DNA of 64,000 nt from Opitutales bacterium (GCA_049599475.1 JBMYOQ010000011.1:17553-81552); one strand, 5' to 3'; shown: positions 28,371 to 38,805, counted from the first letter of the stretch. A program made the numbers and translations. Notes: generated by a model not told the origin, from the sequence alone.

Positions 28371-30032
28371 CTATTTTTGCGAGAGTGTTCCCAATTTTTC
28401 GCGCACAAGCCTCCAGGATTTGATGCAATCGGTCTGCTTGAAAATCAGCAGAGAGCCAAAATAGAGGACGACAGCGATCGGGATTCCCGCGGCAATTGTC
28501 GTGAACGAGGCCCATTTCCCCGGGGGCAAAAAGGCTGTGACTAGCTGGGCGATGCCTAAGCAGCTGAATCCCATAAGGAGGCTCGCTCCGAGTATCCGTG
28601 ACCCTTCAAGAACGGGCTTAGACGCTTTCAAGGCCGATGTTACGTCGGGTAGTCGCATGAGGAGCAGCAGGCAACCCAGCTGTACCCATGCTGCTATCAC
28701 ATTACCTAAAGTGAGCCCGAGAGTGCCGCCAAGCTGCATGCCAATGAAGCACAATACGGCATTTACGACCAAGGTGAGCGCGGATACACGCAGTGTTTCC
28801 TTCATCTTCTTTTGCGCATGGAGCGCCCGTGTGACAAAGGAGATCCAAGCATAGGCCGGGATGGACAGGGCGTATAGCCCGACCACGGGCGCCGTGAGAG
28901 CGACCGATCGTTCATCAAACGCACCAAATTTGAAGAGACTGTCGACGATCTCGACACGATACACAATCAGGCCGATGACACTCGGTATCGTGATTACTGC
29001 GATCCAGCGGAGTCCCTGAATGCAGATGCTTGCGAATTTCCCCGGTTCTTTACTGGAAACTGCTCGCGCCAAGTCGGGAAACAATACGGTGGAAATCGCG
29101 ATTGCGAACACACCGAGCGGAAGCTCCATAAGCCGACTAGCTAGATAGAGGACCGATGCCGAGCTGTCGTCGATGGCGTTCGAAAGCGTCCGGGTGAGTA
29201 AAATATTTATCTGTAAAATAGAGCTACTCGCGAGCCCTGGAAGCAGCAGGGCCCACATGTTGTCGAGTTCGTCTGAGCGGCCCCAGTCCGTCTTTACACG
29301 CCAGCCGGAGCGATTTAAGCCCCAAAATACGGACCCAAACTGAATGACTCCTCCCACGAGCACCGCGATGCACAGAGTTGCCACGCGTTGATACATACTG
29401 AGGTCCAAGAGGAAGCTGCCAATGCCCGCAGCGATAATAATGCTCAGATTGAGCCAGATTGAGCTGAGGGAGCTCAGGCCGAAATGCCCCTTGAGATTGA
29501 GGGCTGCTATGAAGATCGCAGCGAGGCATATGAAAATCATGTAGGGCATCAACCAACTCGCAAAATGGGCCCCAAGTACCCAGCGCTCCTCCCAGGGAGC
29601 CAGTTCGGCCAGCGCCCAGAAACCGATCGAGGAAACGATTGCCAGACCGACCAACCATGCAGCAAGCCGTGTTGTCACTTGGTTGAGGATCCGTGGAGTC
29701 GGTGCCTTTCGCGGGTTTTCCATATCCCCCAGAGAATCCGAAAGAATCGGCATGAGGGCCGAAGTCATAGCACCTTCGCCCAAAAGCCTTCGGAATAGAT
29801 TGGGAAGCGTGAACGCCAATACGAAGGCAGAACTAAAGACGGAGGTGCCCAGCATGGCATAGATGAACACGTCCCTCAGCAACCCCAGGACGCGCGAAAG
29901 CATCGTAAGACCCGCAACGAGCCCTAAGTCCTTGAGTTTGTTCTTGTTGTCCACTTTATAAAAAGCCAGCGTTTGATTTGCCCCTTGCCGAAAATTGGCA
30001 ATAGCGGGCATCCTGTTTCCCATTCGCGACAT
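28371..30032 (-). CDS. murJ: lipid II flippase MurJ (MviN family)
   Basis: The N-terminus has LVAGLTMLSRVLGLLRDVFIYAMLG and there are about 14 TM helices. The start is placed at 30032, with 30023 and 30011 also possible. The ORF-track extension to 30350 overlaps pta and has no MurJ-like sequence. Confidence 0.85.
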   Translation of the reverse strand: MSRMGNRMPAIANFRQGANQTLAFYKVDNKNKLKDLGLVAGLTMLSRVLGLLRDVFIYAMLGTSVFSSAFVLAFTLPNLFRRLLGEGAMTSALMPILSDSLGDMENPRKAPTPRILNQVTTRLAAWLVGLAIVSSIGFWALAELAPWEERWVLGAHFASWLMPYMIFICLAAIFIAALNLKGHFGLSSLSSIWLNLSIIIAAGIGSFLLDLSMYQRVATLCIAVLVGGVIQFGSVFWGLNRSGWRVKTDWGRSDELDNMWALLLPGLASSSILQINILLTRTLSNAIDDSSASVLYLASRLMELPLGVFAIAISTVLFPDLARAVSSKEPGKFASICIQGLRWIAVITIPSVIGLIVYRVEIVDSLFKFGAFDERSVALTAPVVGLYALSIPAYAWISFVTRALHAQKKMKETLRVSALTLVVNAVLCFIGMQLGGTLGLTLGNVIAAWVQLGCLLLLMRLPDVTSALKASKPVLEGSRILGASLLMGFSCLGIAQLVTAFLPPGKWASFTTIAAGIPIAVVLYFGSLLIFKQTDCIKSWRLVREKLGTLSQK

Positions 30033-30059
30033 ATAGCAACGACAAACCCCAAGCTCACT

Positions 30060-31094
30060 ATGGCTCTTCTCGATAACTTGATGGATCGGCTCAGAAATCA
30101 CCCCAAGCGGATTGTGTTTCCCGAAGGTGGAGATCCACGTATTCTTCAAGCCGCCCGTCAATTTGCTAAAAATAAACTCGGCGTTCCGATCCTCCTCGGG
30201 GATCGCTCGGACATTAAGGCGAAGGCTGCCCAGTTGGATATCAATCTGGAACACATCCGCATTATTGAGCCGGAGCGTAGTGACGAGATGGAACTGTTTG
30301 TTAAGAAATTCCAAGGACTGCGCCGCTTTGCAGGCTTGGCGGATAAACAAGCTGAAGATTTCCTAAAAAATAATAATTACTTCGCGACAATGATGCTCGC
30401 GACGGGTCAGGCCTCGGCCTTGGTGTCGGGTGCCACGATGGCGGCTTCCAGTGCTTTGCGCCCGCTGCTGCAGATTATCCCGCTTCAGGAGGGGGTCGAT
30501 ACGATGTCCTCGGTGCAGGTGCTCGATTTGGAAGACAGCACGCTTGGAGTTGAAGGTGCGCTCTTTCTTGCGGACTGTGCGGTATTGCCTCAGCCAAACG
30601 AGAAGCAATTGGCCGACATAGGCCTGACCGCTGCAGGTATTTGTTATCATATTACGAATGAGCACCCTCGGGTAGCGATGCTGGCATTTACCTCGAAGTC
30701 GAAGACAAGTAAGCTGGCCCCGATTCAGCGAATGAAGGCTGCTACCGAGCTCTGTCGCGAAAAAGCGAAGCAGATGATGTTTGATCTCGACGTGGATGGT
30801 GAGCTCCAAGTGGACGCTGCTCTCAATCCCCATGTTGCGGAAACAAAAGGCATTGTGAGCTCCGTTGCGGGCCATGCCAACGTATTGGTATTTCCAAGTC
30901 TGAATGCTGCGAATATTTCGCTTAAAATGATTCAGGCGATCGCGCGTTGTCGCTCTTACGGACCTATTTTGACAGGTCTCACGAAACCTGCTGCGGAAAT
31001 CTCCCGTGGTGCAAGCGCACATGATATCTTTGGCACCGCAGTCATGGTCGGCGCTCAGGCGATCGATCAAAAACTCCTTCACCCCATGGCCTAA
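30060..31094 (+). CDS. pta: phosphate acetyltransferase, catalytic PTA_PTB domain only
   Basis: After the ATG at 30060 the sequence reads MALLDNLMDRLRNHPKRIVFPEGGDPRILQAA and continues with PTA_PTB-type sequence to the C-terminus. The length is about 344 aa. Confidence 0.85.
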   Translation: MALLDNLMDRLRNHPKRIVFPEGGDPRILQAARQFAKNKLGVPILLGDRSDIKAKAAQLDINLEHIRIIEPERSDEMELFVKKFQGLRRFAGLADKQAEDFLKNNNYFATMMLATGQASALVSGATMAASSALRPLLQIIPLQEGVDTMSSVQVLDLEDSTLGVEGALFLADCAVLPQPNEKQLADIGLTAAGICYHITNEHPRVAMLAFTSKSKTSKLAPIQRMKAATELCREKAKQMMFDLDVDGELQVDAALNPHVAETKGIVSSVAGHANVLVFPSLNAANISLKMIQAIARCRSYGPILTGLTKPAAEISRGASAHDIFGTAVMVGAQAIDQKLLHPMA

Positions 31095-31100
31095 ACGAAC

Positions 31101-32408
31101 ATGCCTTCTAAAAGCGAACGACGAAGACGGTCGAAACCTATCGACCAACTGACCCGAGGTCCCTTCGAGAATGATAAATTCGAGGGATTGTTGAAGAATC
31201 CGCGCAACACGACTACTAAGCGCATATTCGTCGCCGCTACACGCATGAACGACGGCAAGACGACCACCTGCTTGGGGCTATTTGCTGCACTGCAGGCGGC
31301 GAACCCGAAGGTAGGTTTTATCAAACCTGTCGGGCAACGTTTTGTCGAAATCGAAGGCTATAAAATCGATGAGGATTCGGTATTGTTCGATACCGTTTTC
31401 GATACCAAGACTCCGATTGAGGCGATGAGCCCAGTCGCTGTGGATGGCACCTTTACGCGTCGCTATTTGCACGACCCGGAAGGCAATTACGATCTGATGA
31501 TCGATCGCATCTGCCGTGGTTTCGACAGAGCCTCCTATCAGAAGGATTATGTCATCATTGAAGGCACCGGACACGCCGGTGTCGGATCGGTGTTTGATTT
31601 CTCCAATGCTTCCGCAGCTAAGGTCCTCGGCGCCAAGGCCATTATCGTCTCGCAGGGCGGAGTGGGGCGTCCGGTGGACGAAATTGCTCTAAACAAAGCA
31701 TTGTTTGACCAGGCGGGCGTCGAAGTTATCGGAGCCATTCTAAACAAAGTACTGCCCGAGAAAGTGGATATGATCCGCGAGTATGCTGAAATTGGCCTGC
31801 GCCGTCTAGGTGTTCCGCTGCTCGGCGTCATGCCGATGCAAAAGAAGCTCGGGGCTCCCAATCTTTCTCAAATCGTCGATGAAATCAGTGGGCGTTGGCT
31901 CAATGGTCGGGCCTCGGGGATGAACGAGCGCGTCTTGCGCGTAGTCATCGGTGCCATGACGGCTAAGGGCATCGTGGATTATATTCAGCCGGGCGTCTTG
32001 ATCATTACTCCTGGAGACCGCGAAGACATCATTCTTTCCGCCATTGCGACATCGGGAATTGCTGGAGGCAAATGCCTGTCCGGTATCATTCTTACGCGTA
32101 ATATTCTGCCGCATCCAAAACTGATGGATATGATCCAGCAGACGCAGATTCCGGTGGTCATCAGTAATGAGGATTCTTACGCGGTCGCATCTAAGATCAA
32201 TCAAATGACCGTCAAAACGATGCCGACGGACACGGATAAAATTCCAATTATCCAGAAACTGATCAGCGAAAATGTGGATCTGGATATGATTCGAAAGGCT
32301 TTCGACGAGTCCACTGAGTCATCTGAAGCTGTCCAGCAACCTTACCTACCTTACAACGAGGAAACGTCGAAGGCGCGGTCCAAATCAAAGCCTGAGGCGA
32401 AGGTATGA
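31101..32408 (+). CDS. BioD-like P-loop + DRTGG domain protein (equivalent to the N-terminal regulatory half of long Pta)
   Basis: The BioD/CobQ-type loop is IFVAATRMNDGKTTTCLGL. The DRTGG-type segment is VLIITPGDREDIILSAI. The gene starts 6 nt after the pta stop. Confidence 0.75.
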   Translation: MPSKSERRRRSKPIDQLTRGPFENDKFEGLLKNPRNTTTKRIFVAATRMNDGKTTTCLGLFAALQAANPKVGFIKPVGQRFVEIEGYKIDEDSVLFDTVFDTKTPIEAMSPVAVDGTFTRRYLHDPEGNYDLMIDRICRGFDRASYQKDYVIIEGTGHAGVGSVFDFSNASAAKVLGAKAIIVSQGGVGRPVDEIALNKALFDQAGVEVIGAILNKVLPEKVDMIREYAEIGLRRLGVPLLGVMPMQKKLGAPNLSQIVDEISGRWLNGRASGMNERVLRVVIGAMTAKGIVDYIQPGVLIITPGDREDIILSAIATSGIAGGKCLSGIILTRNILPHPKLMDMIQQTQIPVVISNEDSYAVASKINQMTVKTMPTDTDKIPIIQKLISENVDLDMIRKAFDESTESSEAVQQPYLPYNEETSKARSKSKPEAKV

Positions 32409-32481
32409 TTCCTGCAGTTGTGCTGCTTTATCATACTGAGCTCTTGCGCCCGGGGCGAATAGAGCTATTCTAGAAGATTCC

Positions 32482-33381
32482 ATGTCTGATCAAATACCGG
32501 ATCCCAAGACCTCTAAGCGCAAACCGAACTGGTTGAGAGCCAAGCTCCCGACAAGTCCTGCCTACCACGGCGTGCGCGAGATGGTGGAGTCGAACAAGCT
32601 GCATACGGTCTGCCAATCAGCGCAGTGCCCGAATATGGGAGAATGCTGGTCGCGCGGCACCGCGACGCTGATGATCTTGGGTAATATTTGCACCCGTGCC
32701 TGCTCGTTTTGCGCGATTCAGACGGGCCGTCCGACTGAGCTTGATTTGGGCGAACCGGCACGCGTCGCGCAGGCGGTAAAGAAAATGAATTTGAAGCACT
32801 GCGTGATTACATCCGTCGCGCGTGATGACTTGAAAGACGGTGGAGCTGCGGTTTGGGCCGCAACCATTCGTGCAATCAAGAATGTAAATCCTGGAACCGC
32901 CGTTGAGGTGCTCACCGCCGATTTCCGTGGGGTTTCCGAGCACGTCGATATCGTCCTCGACGCAAAACCAGATATTTTCAATCACAACTTGGAGACGGTA
33001 GAGCGCCTCCAACGACCCATTCGCAAGACTGCTCGTTATGATCGGTCGCTATGGATCCTCAAGTACGCCAGTGATAAAGGATTCACAACCAAGTCGGGGA
33101 TCATGCTTGGTATTGGGGAGAAAGAAGACGAAATCCGCACAGTGATGCAGGATATTCGCAACGCGGGTGTCTCGATTTTGACGATTGGGCAGTATCTCCA
33201 GCCTACTGAAAAGCACTCTGCGATCGACCGTTGGGTGACTCCAGAAGAGTTCGATAAGTGGAAACAAGTAGGCCTCGAAATGGGCTTCGGCTTTGTTGAG
33301 TCTGGTCCTATGGTTCGTTCTTCGTACCACGCAGAAGAGCAGTCTGCGCATTACACGCAAGACGCTCTAGCGAAGGCCTAA
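32482..33381 (+). CDS. lipA: lipoyl synthase
   Basis: The cluster motifs are CQSAQCPNMGEC and the radical-SAM CTRACSFC. The length is 299 aa. Confidence 0.95.
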   Translation: MSDQIPDPKTSKRKPNWLRAKLPTSPAYHGVREMVESNKLHTVCQSAQCPNMGECWSRGTATLMILGNICTRACSFCAIQTGRPTELDLGEPARVAQAVKKMNLKHCVITSVARDDLKDGGAAVWAATIRAIKNVNPGTAVEVLTADFRGVSEHVDIVLDAKPDIFNHNLETVERLQRPIRKTARYDRSLWILKYASDKGFTTKSGIMLGIGEKEDEIRTVMQDIRNAGVSILTIGQYLQPTEKHSAIDRWVTPEEFDKWKQVGLEMGFGFVESGPMVRSSYHAEEQSAHYTQDALAKA

Positions 33382-33540
33382 GACCCAGGTTGCTACCTGC
33401 TTAGAAAAATAGGGGTAGCCGCCGATCACCGAGCGGTGGAAGACAGGAGTTCCGCCCAGCTGTTACGCAGCATTCAGCCGCTCGGCGTCTTAATTCTGAT
33501 TTCTCTGAAAAGACGGCGCTTATCCAGCGTATGATCCTGT

Positions 33541-34254
33541 ATGGATTACCAAAGCCGTTTGAAGATCACTGAAATGGCCGTGCACGAGCGGCCGCGCGAA
33601 CGTTTATCAACTCATGGGGCGCGTGCGTTGAGCGACTCAGAACTCCTGGCGCTTATCCTGCGAAGTGGAAGCCAGAATATCGATGTGATGGGACTGGCTC
33701 AGCAAATGATGGCCAGTGCGGGCTCCTTATCCGCGATCCAGCAGATGAGTGAAGATGAATTCTGTGCCTTCGAGGGTATTGGCCAGGTCAAGGCAGGGCA
33801 GTTTGTAGCAATTTTCGAAATGGCCCGTCGTTTTGCTGCGGAGCAATCTAATGAGCTCAAAGTAATCGACGCGCCCGAGGAGGCGTATCGCTATCTTAGA
33901 GGCATCACGGTGGGGCTTGATGTGGAAAAATTTTATGTGCTGTGCCTGAACCGCAAAAATCGTCTGATCAAACATGTCGAAATCAGCTCGGGGACGGCGA
34001 CGTCGAGTCTGGTCCATCCTCGAGAAGTCTTTAGGGAAGTTATACGTTGTGGAGCGGCAGGGGTCTTGTGCGCGCATAATCATCCTAGCGGAGACCCTAT
34101 GCCCAGCCGTGCAGATATTCAGATTACCCGGCGCCTGAAGGAGGCTGCCAAGATTCTAGATATTCATCTGCTCGACCACATCATCGTGGGAGAACTCAGG
34201 CATGATCCGCAAGGAATAGGATTCTACAGCTTTTCTGATAACGGCCTCATATAG
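33541..34254 (+). CDS. radC: RadC-family JAB-domain protein
   Basis: It has an N-terminal helix-hairpin-helix-like region (RERL...LSDSELLALILRSG) and the JAMM motif HNHPSGDPMPSRADIQITRRL. Confidence 0.9.
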   Translation: MDYQSRLKITEMAVHERPRERLSTHGARALSDSELLALILRSGSQNIDVMGLAQQMMASAGSLSAIQQMSEDEFCAFEGIGQVKAGQFVAIFEMARRFAAEQSNELKVIDAPEEAYRYLRGITVGLDVEKFYVLCLNRKNRLIKHVEISSGTATSSLVHPREVFREVIRCGAAGVLCAHNHPSGDPMPSRADIQITRRLKEAAKILDIHLLDHIIVGELRHDPQGIGFYSFSDNGLI

Positions 34255-34319
34255 TACTGCTTTCGAATTAGATATCTTCCGTCTTTTGCAAAAACGCCGT
34301 AGCGGACTAGGGTAGTTCT

Positions 34320-35744
34320 ATGAAACGCGCTATAGTTTGGTTTCGGCAAGATCTTCGTATTCAGGATAATACAGCATTGGCACATGCCGTAGAGCAGGGC
34401 TATGAGCTATTACCTCTGTATATCTGGGATCCGGAGTCTGAGGGGGCTTGGGTTCCTGGAGGCGCGGGACAATGGTGGCTGCACCATGCCTTAAAATCTC
34501 TGGATGAGTCCTTTAGGGTCATTGGGGGAGAGCTCTTAATAAAATCTGGTCTGAGTGGCGCGGTGCTTGAGGAGCTAGCAGAAAGTTTCCAGGCCGACGC
34601 AGTATTTTGGAATCGCCGCTACGAACCCGAAATCATACGGCGTGATAGTGCCATTAAGGCGGATTTGGCAGAGGTCGGCCTGACGGTAGAGTCTTTTAAC
34701 ACATCGCTGATCTGGGAGCCGCATACCGTAGCGACCGGCCAGGGGAGAGCTTACCAAGTCTATACGCCTTATTGGAAGCAAGTGAGTAAGCGGAAAATTC
34801 CCGATCCTATCCGCGTCGATGAGGGGAAGCTGAAATTTATCACATTTGAAGAGGTTCAACAGGAGTCTCTCGATTCACTCGGTCTCTTGCCCGATATTCC
34901 ATGGGATAGCGGGATGCGAGAAACTTGGGAGGTGTCGGAGGCTGCAGCAGTTGAGCTCTTAGATACGTTTTCAAAATCGGCCTTGGACGTGTATCATGAT
35001 GATCGTGACATTCCTTCGACTGTGGGGACTTCGCGCCTGTCTCCCTATCTTCATTTTGGTCAAATTGGGCCGCGCCAGATTTGGAAGGTGATTAGTGAGC
35101 AGATGGCTGATCGAGGCTTAAGTAATGAGACCTACCTTAAGGAAATCGCTTGGAGAGAATATGCTCACCATGTGATGTATCATTTTCCTAGTACACCCGA
35201 GAAACCACTGCGCGAGAAGTTTGAGGCTTTTCCGTGGTCGGATAATGAAGAGCACCTGGTAGCTTGGCAGAAAGGGCAAACGGGCTATCCCATTGTTGAT
35301 GCAGGTATGCGAGAGCTCTGGCATACGGGTTGGATGCATAATCGGGTGCGCATGGTGGTGGCTTCCTTCCTGGTGAAGCATTTGTTGATTTCTTGGTATG
35401 AAGGCGCGCGTTGGTTTTGGGACACGCTTGTAGATGCGGACTTGGCGAGCAATACGCTGGGTTGGCAGTGGGCTGGGGGATGTGGCGCAGATGCCGCGCC
35501 GTATTTTCGTATTTTCAATCCGATGACACAGGGGACCAAATTTGATCCAGAAGGGGAATATGTGCGGAGATGGTGTCCAGAATTATCCAAACTCCCCAAG
35601 AAGTTTATCCATGAGCCTTGGAAGGCCCCTGCCAATATTCTCGAGTACGCTGGGGTAAGTCTTGGTGAAAATTATCCGTTACCTATTGTGGATCACCCAG
35701 AGGCAAGGAAGCGTGCACTCGACGCTCTAGAAACAACGAAATGA
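34320..35744 (+). CDS. phrB: deoxyribodipyrimidine photolyase / cryptochrome-family flavoprotein
   Basis: The N-terminal photolyase domain (IVWFRQDLRIQDN) and the FAD-binding signature DADLASNTLGWQWAGGCGADAAPYFRIFNP are present. Confidence 0.9.
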   Translation: MKRAIVWFRQDLRIQDNTALAHAVEQGYELLPLYIWDPESEGAWVPGGAGQWWLHHALKSLDESFRVIGGELLIKSGLSGAVLEELAESFQADAVFWNRRYEPEIIRRDSAIKADLAEVGLTVESFNTSLIWEPHTVATGQGRAYQVYTPYWKQVSKRKIPDPIRVDEGKLKFITFEEVQQESLDSLGLLPDIPWDSGMRETWEVSEAAAVELLDTFSKSALDVYHDDRDIPSTVGTSRLSPYLHFGQIGPRQIWKVISEQMADRGLSNETYLKEIAWREYAHHVMYHFPSTPEKPLREKFEAFPWSDNEEHLVAWQKGQTGYPIVDAGMRELWHTGWMHNRVRMVVASFLVKHLLISWYEGARWFWDTLVDADLASNTLGWQWAGGCGADAAPYFRIFNPMTQGTKFDPEGEYVRRWCPELSKLPKKFIHEPWKAPANILEYAGVSLGENYPLPIVDHPEARKRALDALETTK

Positions 35745-37114
35745 TAAACTTCGAAGCTCAATCTGAATTTCCTGTATCGGTTGAAACGCTCTTTGATTGG
35801 CATGAGCGCCCTGGGGCCTTTGCGCGCTTGGCGCCGCCATGGCAGACGGTGAGACTTGTGAAGCATGAAGGAGGGATTCGTGATGGAGCGCGAGTTGAAG
35901 TAGAAACGCGTGTTGCAGGGGTGCCTCAGTCGTGGAAGATTCGCCATGAAGGCTTCGATTATGGGAAGCGGTTTGTGGATGTGCTCGATTCGGGCCCTTT
36001 TCGAGCGTGGCGTCATGAGCATCTATTTTCTCATTTAGCGGAAACTCGTTCATCGCTCGAAGATCGGCTGAAGATAGAGCCGATGGGCGGAGGCTTCGGA
36101 AATTGGTTGCAAGCTGGTTTCTTGCGCGGCGAGCTTAAGCAGGTTTTCAAATACAGACATAGTGTTCTGAAGGCTGATCTTGAGCGTGCGAAAGCGATGG
36201 GAGATCCCGCGTATTCAGGCAAGGTTTTAGTCACCGGGGTCACTGGATTGCTGGGTAAGGCGGTTGCCGGCTATTTGCAGACACGCGGCTATCAGGTCGT
36301 CGGAGTGTCGCGTTCTGGACGTTCTCCCTGGCCTGGTATCGAGACCATTGCTTGGGATCCCGACAATCAGTTGATTGACTCGGGGGCTCTTGATGATGTG
36401 GACGTCGTCATCAATCTGGCCGGAGAGTCTATTTTGGGCGCGTGGTCTCAATCCAAAATGAAGCGAGTTCGAAGTAGCCGTGAGAAATCAGCGAGCACTT
36501 TAATACATGCATTTGAAAGTAATGGTCATTGGCCGAAGCTCTGGATCAACGCTTCGGGTACCGGGTATTATGGGCCGAAGCCATCGGGTGCTGTGAGCGA
36601 GCAGAGCGAGAGTGGCACCGGTTTTCTTGCGCATGTATGTCGCTCTTGGGAAGGGATTCTTGACCCTATAAGAAAACGGACACGCGTAGTGAGTGCACGC
36701 TTAGGTGCGGTGATGAGCCCTGGGGGTGGTGCCCTGAGTATTATGCTCCCTGTTTTTAAAATGGGAGGTGGTGGTGTATTGGGAAATCCTGACGCAAAGA
36801 TGCCTTGGATCGCTTTGGATGACGTGGTGTATGCGATGGAGTCTCTTTTTTATAAGGATGTCGAGGGTCCGGTGAATTTTGTGTCACCCCATAAAATTAC
36901 CCAGAGAGATCTAGCGAAGGTACTCAGCAAGGTTTTGAGGCGCCCGTCTTTAATTCCGGCCCCAGAGTCTTTGATCAAGATGACTCTGGGTTCGCTCGGA
37001 AAAGAAGTGTTCTTAATTGATCAAGATGTGGATCCAGAGATTCTACAGACATCAGGCTTTGAATACTCTCATTCGAGCTTTGAAAGAATGCTAAAGCATA
37101 GCTTGGGAATTTAG
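35741..37114 (+). CDS. SRPBCC (START-like) domain fused to a TIGR01777/YfcH-type NAD-dependent epimerase-like domain
   Basis: The N-terminal ~150 aa look like a polyketide-cyclase/START-like domain. This is followed by VLVTGVTGLLGKAV (Rossmann) and a DUF1731-like C-terminus. There is a 4-nt ATGA overlap with the photolyase stop. Confidence 0.7.
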   Translation: MINFEAQSEFPVSVETLFDWHERPGAFARLAPPWQTVRLVKHEGGIRDGARVEVETRVAGVPQSWKIRHEGFDYGKRFVDVLDSGPFRAWRHEHLFSHLAETRSSLEDRLKIEPMGGGFGNWLQAGFLRGELKQVFKYRHSVLKADLERAKAMGDPAYSGKVLVTGVTGLLGKAVAGYLQTRGYQVVGVSRSGRSPWPGIETIAWDPDNQLIDSGALDDVDVVINLAGESILGAWSQSKMKRVRSSREKSASTLIHAFESNGHWPKLWINASGTGYYGPKPSGAVSEQSESGTGFLAHVCRSWEGILDPIRKRTRVVSARLGAVMSPGGGALSIMLPVFKMGGGGVLGNPDAKMPWIALDDVVYAMESLFYKDVEGPVNFVSPHKITQRDLAKVLSKVLRRPSLIPAPESLIKMTLGSLGKEVFLIDQDVDPEILQTSGFEYSHSSFERMLKHSLGI

Positions 37115-37210
37115 AGGGTGCACCACAAGACCTTGAGTGGGGACGGGGCGCATTCGAATTATGAACGAAAATTCATCGAACTTTTTGAGCGACTTGCCGT
37201 TCTTTGAGGT

Positions 37211-38749
37211 ATGTCAAATTACCCCTCTTTTTGTAACCCTAGGTTTGTTTTATATCTCACTTTTATAAATATCGCAGTAGCTGATAATGTCTTATTGATA
37301 ATCGCGGATGATCTCGGACGCGATTCGCTGGGTATCTACAATGATGAAGCTTCCGCTTCTGTTCCGCCGACGCCCACGATAGATAGCCTCGCGGCAAGTG
37401 GCATACAGTTTAACCGTGCCTACGCGTATCCCACCTGTTCTCCGACGCGTTCGTCCATACTTACAGGAAGGCATCATTTTCGGACTGGGGTTCATAGCCC
37501 TTCAATCAATGAGTTACAGCCGAATGAGTTTACCCTTGCGGAAGCGATTTTGGAGTCGGGTCAGATTGGTAATCGCTTAGCGCATTTTGGAAAATGGCAT
37601 TTAGGTGGGGGAAACGATGGGCCGAATGTAAACGGAGGTTGGCCACACTATGCAGGCTCCACCTCGGGAGGAGTTTCGGATTACTACAGCTGGACCAAGG
37701 TGGTAAACGGGGTGAGCACGCGAAACTATTCGGTATATGCGACAACGGACGTTGTAAACGATGCGATCGCGTGGATCGATGAGCAAGGTGAGGCAGACTG
37801 GTTTGCATGGGTCGCGTTTAACGCCCCGCACACGCCCTTTCATAAGCCGGATAATAGTCTCCATGATTATGACCATCTTGATGGTAGCGATTCGGATATT
37901 TCAAATAATTCACGTCCGTATTACGAAGCAATGATCCAGGCGATGGATACCGAAATCGGTAGACTGCTGGCTCACGTGGACCTCGCTGAAACTACCGTCA
38001 TCTTTATGGGCGACAACGGGACTCCCGGGAGAGTTGCGCAAGCTCCGTTCGGTAGAGGCCACACCAAAGGCTCTCTCTACGAAGGAGGTGTGAATGTGCC
38101 GTTTATTGTAGCTGGTGCCGGTGTCGATAGTGGGTTAGCTGGCATCGTGAGTGAGGAGCTCGTGCACTCGGTCGACTTGTATCTTACTATTTTAGATCTA
38201 CTGGGAATAGATCTCTCGGGATTGTTACCGAATGGATTGGTCTATGACTCATTGTCCTTTTTTCCCTACCTGAACGGAAGCGCCGATGCGCATGTGCGCG
38301 ATTATACGTATTCAGGAAGTTATGACTCCGGAGAAGGCGAAAGGAACCTTATGCTCGTCAATGATGCGTATAAATGGATACAGTTTGCGGACGGAACAGA
38401 AGAGTTATACGCGCTCAGTGACGGGCTTTCCGAGACAAATAATCGAATAAACGGACTGGACTCGGAAGAAATGGCAAGTCTGGCTAAATTCGAAATTGAG
38501 CGCGATGTATTGGTAAATTTACCTCAAATTGTTGGAACGTTCCTGAGTCAAGATGGAGCATTTACGATTGAAACGGGGTGGTTCGCGGATGCCAACTTAT
38601 CCGTAGAACATTGCTCCGATCTCCTGACCGGAGATTGGTCACTAGTAGACTCGGTGAGCGTGATTGATATCGGTGAGGCTACCGTCGAACTCGTTTTCGA
38701 CATCGATTCAGAATCACAGCAGTTTTTCCGAGTCGGTCATACTCCGTAG
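37211..38749 (+). CDS. Cys-type sulfatase with a ~100-aa C-terminal extension
   Basis: LLIIADDLGRD and the formylglycine motif CSPTRSSILTGR are present, followed by GKWHLG. The N-terminus is hydrophobic. Confidence 0.85.
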   Translation: MSNYPSFCNPRFVLYLTFINIAVADNVLLIIADDLGRDSLGIYNDEASASVPPTPTIDSLAASGIQFNRAYAYPTCSPTRSSILTGRHHFRTGVHSPSINELQPNEFTLAEAILESGQIGNRLAHFGKWHLGGGNDGPNVNGGWPHYAGSTSGGVSDYYSWTKVVNGVSTRNYSVYATTDVVNDAIAWIDEQGEADWFAWVAFNAPHTPFHKPDNSLHDYDHLDGSDSDISNNSRPYYEAMIQAMDTEIGRLLAHVDLAETTVIFMGDNGTPGRVAQAPFGRGHTKGSLYEGGVNVPFIVAGAGVDSGLAGIVSEELVHSVDLYLTILDLLGIDLSGLLPNGLVYDSLSFFPYLNGSADAHVRDYTYSGSYDSGEGERNLMLVNDAYKWIQFADGTEELYALSDGLSETNNRINGLDSEEMASLAKFEIERDVLVNLPQIVGTFLSQDGAFTIETGWFADANLSVEHCSDLLTGDWSLVDSVSVIDIGEATVELVFDIDSESQQFFRVGHTP

Positions 38750-38805
38750 TCGAATACCAATTTATTTCAAAATTATATTCTTTCTCAAAAGTAATTTTGT
38801 AAGCG

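Noticed and set aside
30033-30350. A 106-codon N-terminal extension of MurJ appears in the ORF track.
   Set aside because: The extension overlaps the divergent pta gene and its upstream region and has no MurJ-like sequence. The MurJ N-terminal motif (LSRVLGLLRDV) begins just after the internal ATGs at 30032-30011.
30363-31148. A 261-aa minus-strand ORF lies antisense to pta.
   Set aside because: It lies fully inside a confidently assigned gene. Its composition is Arg/His-rich and it has no recognisable motif.
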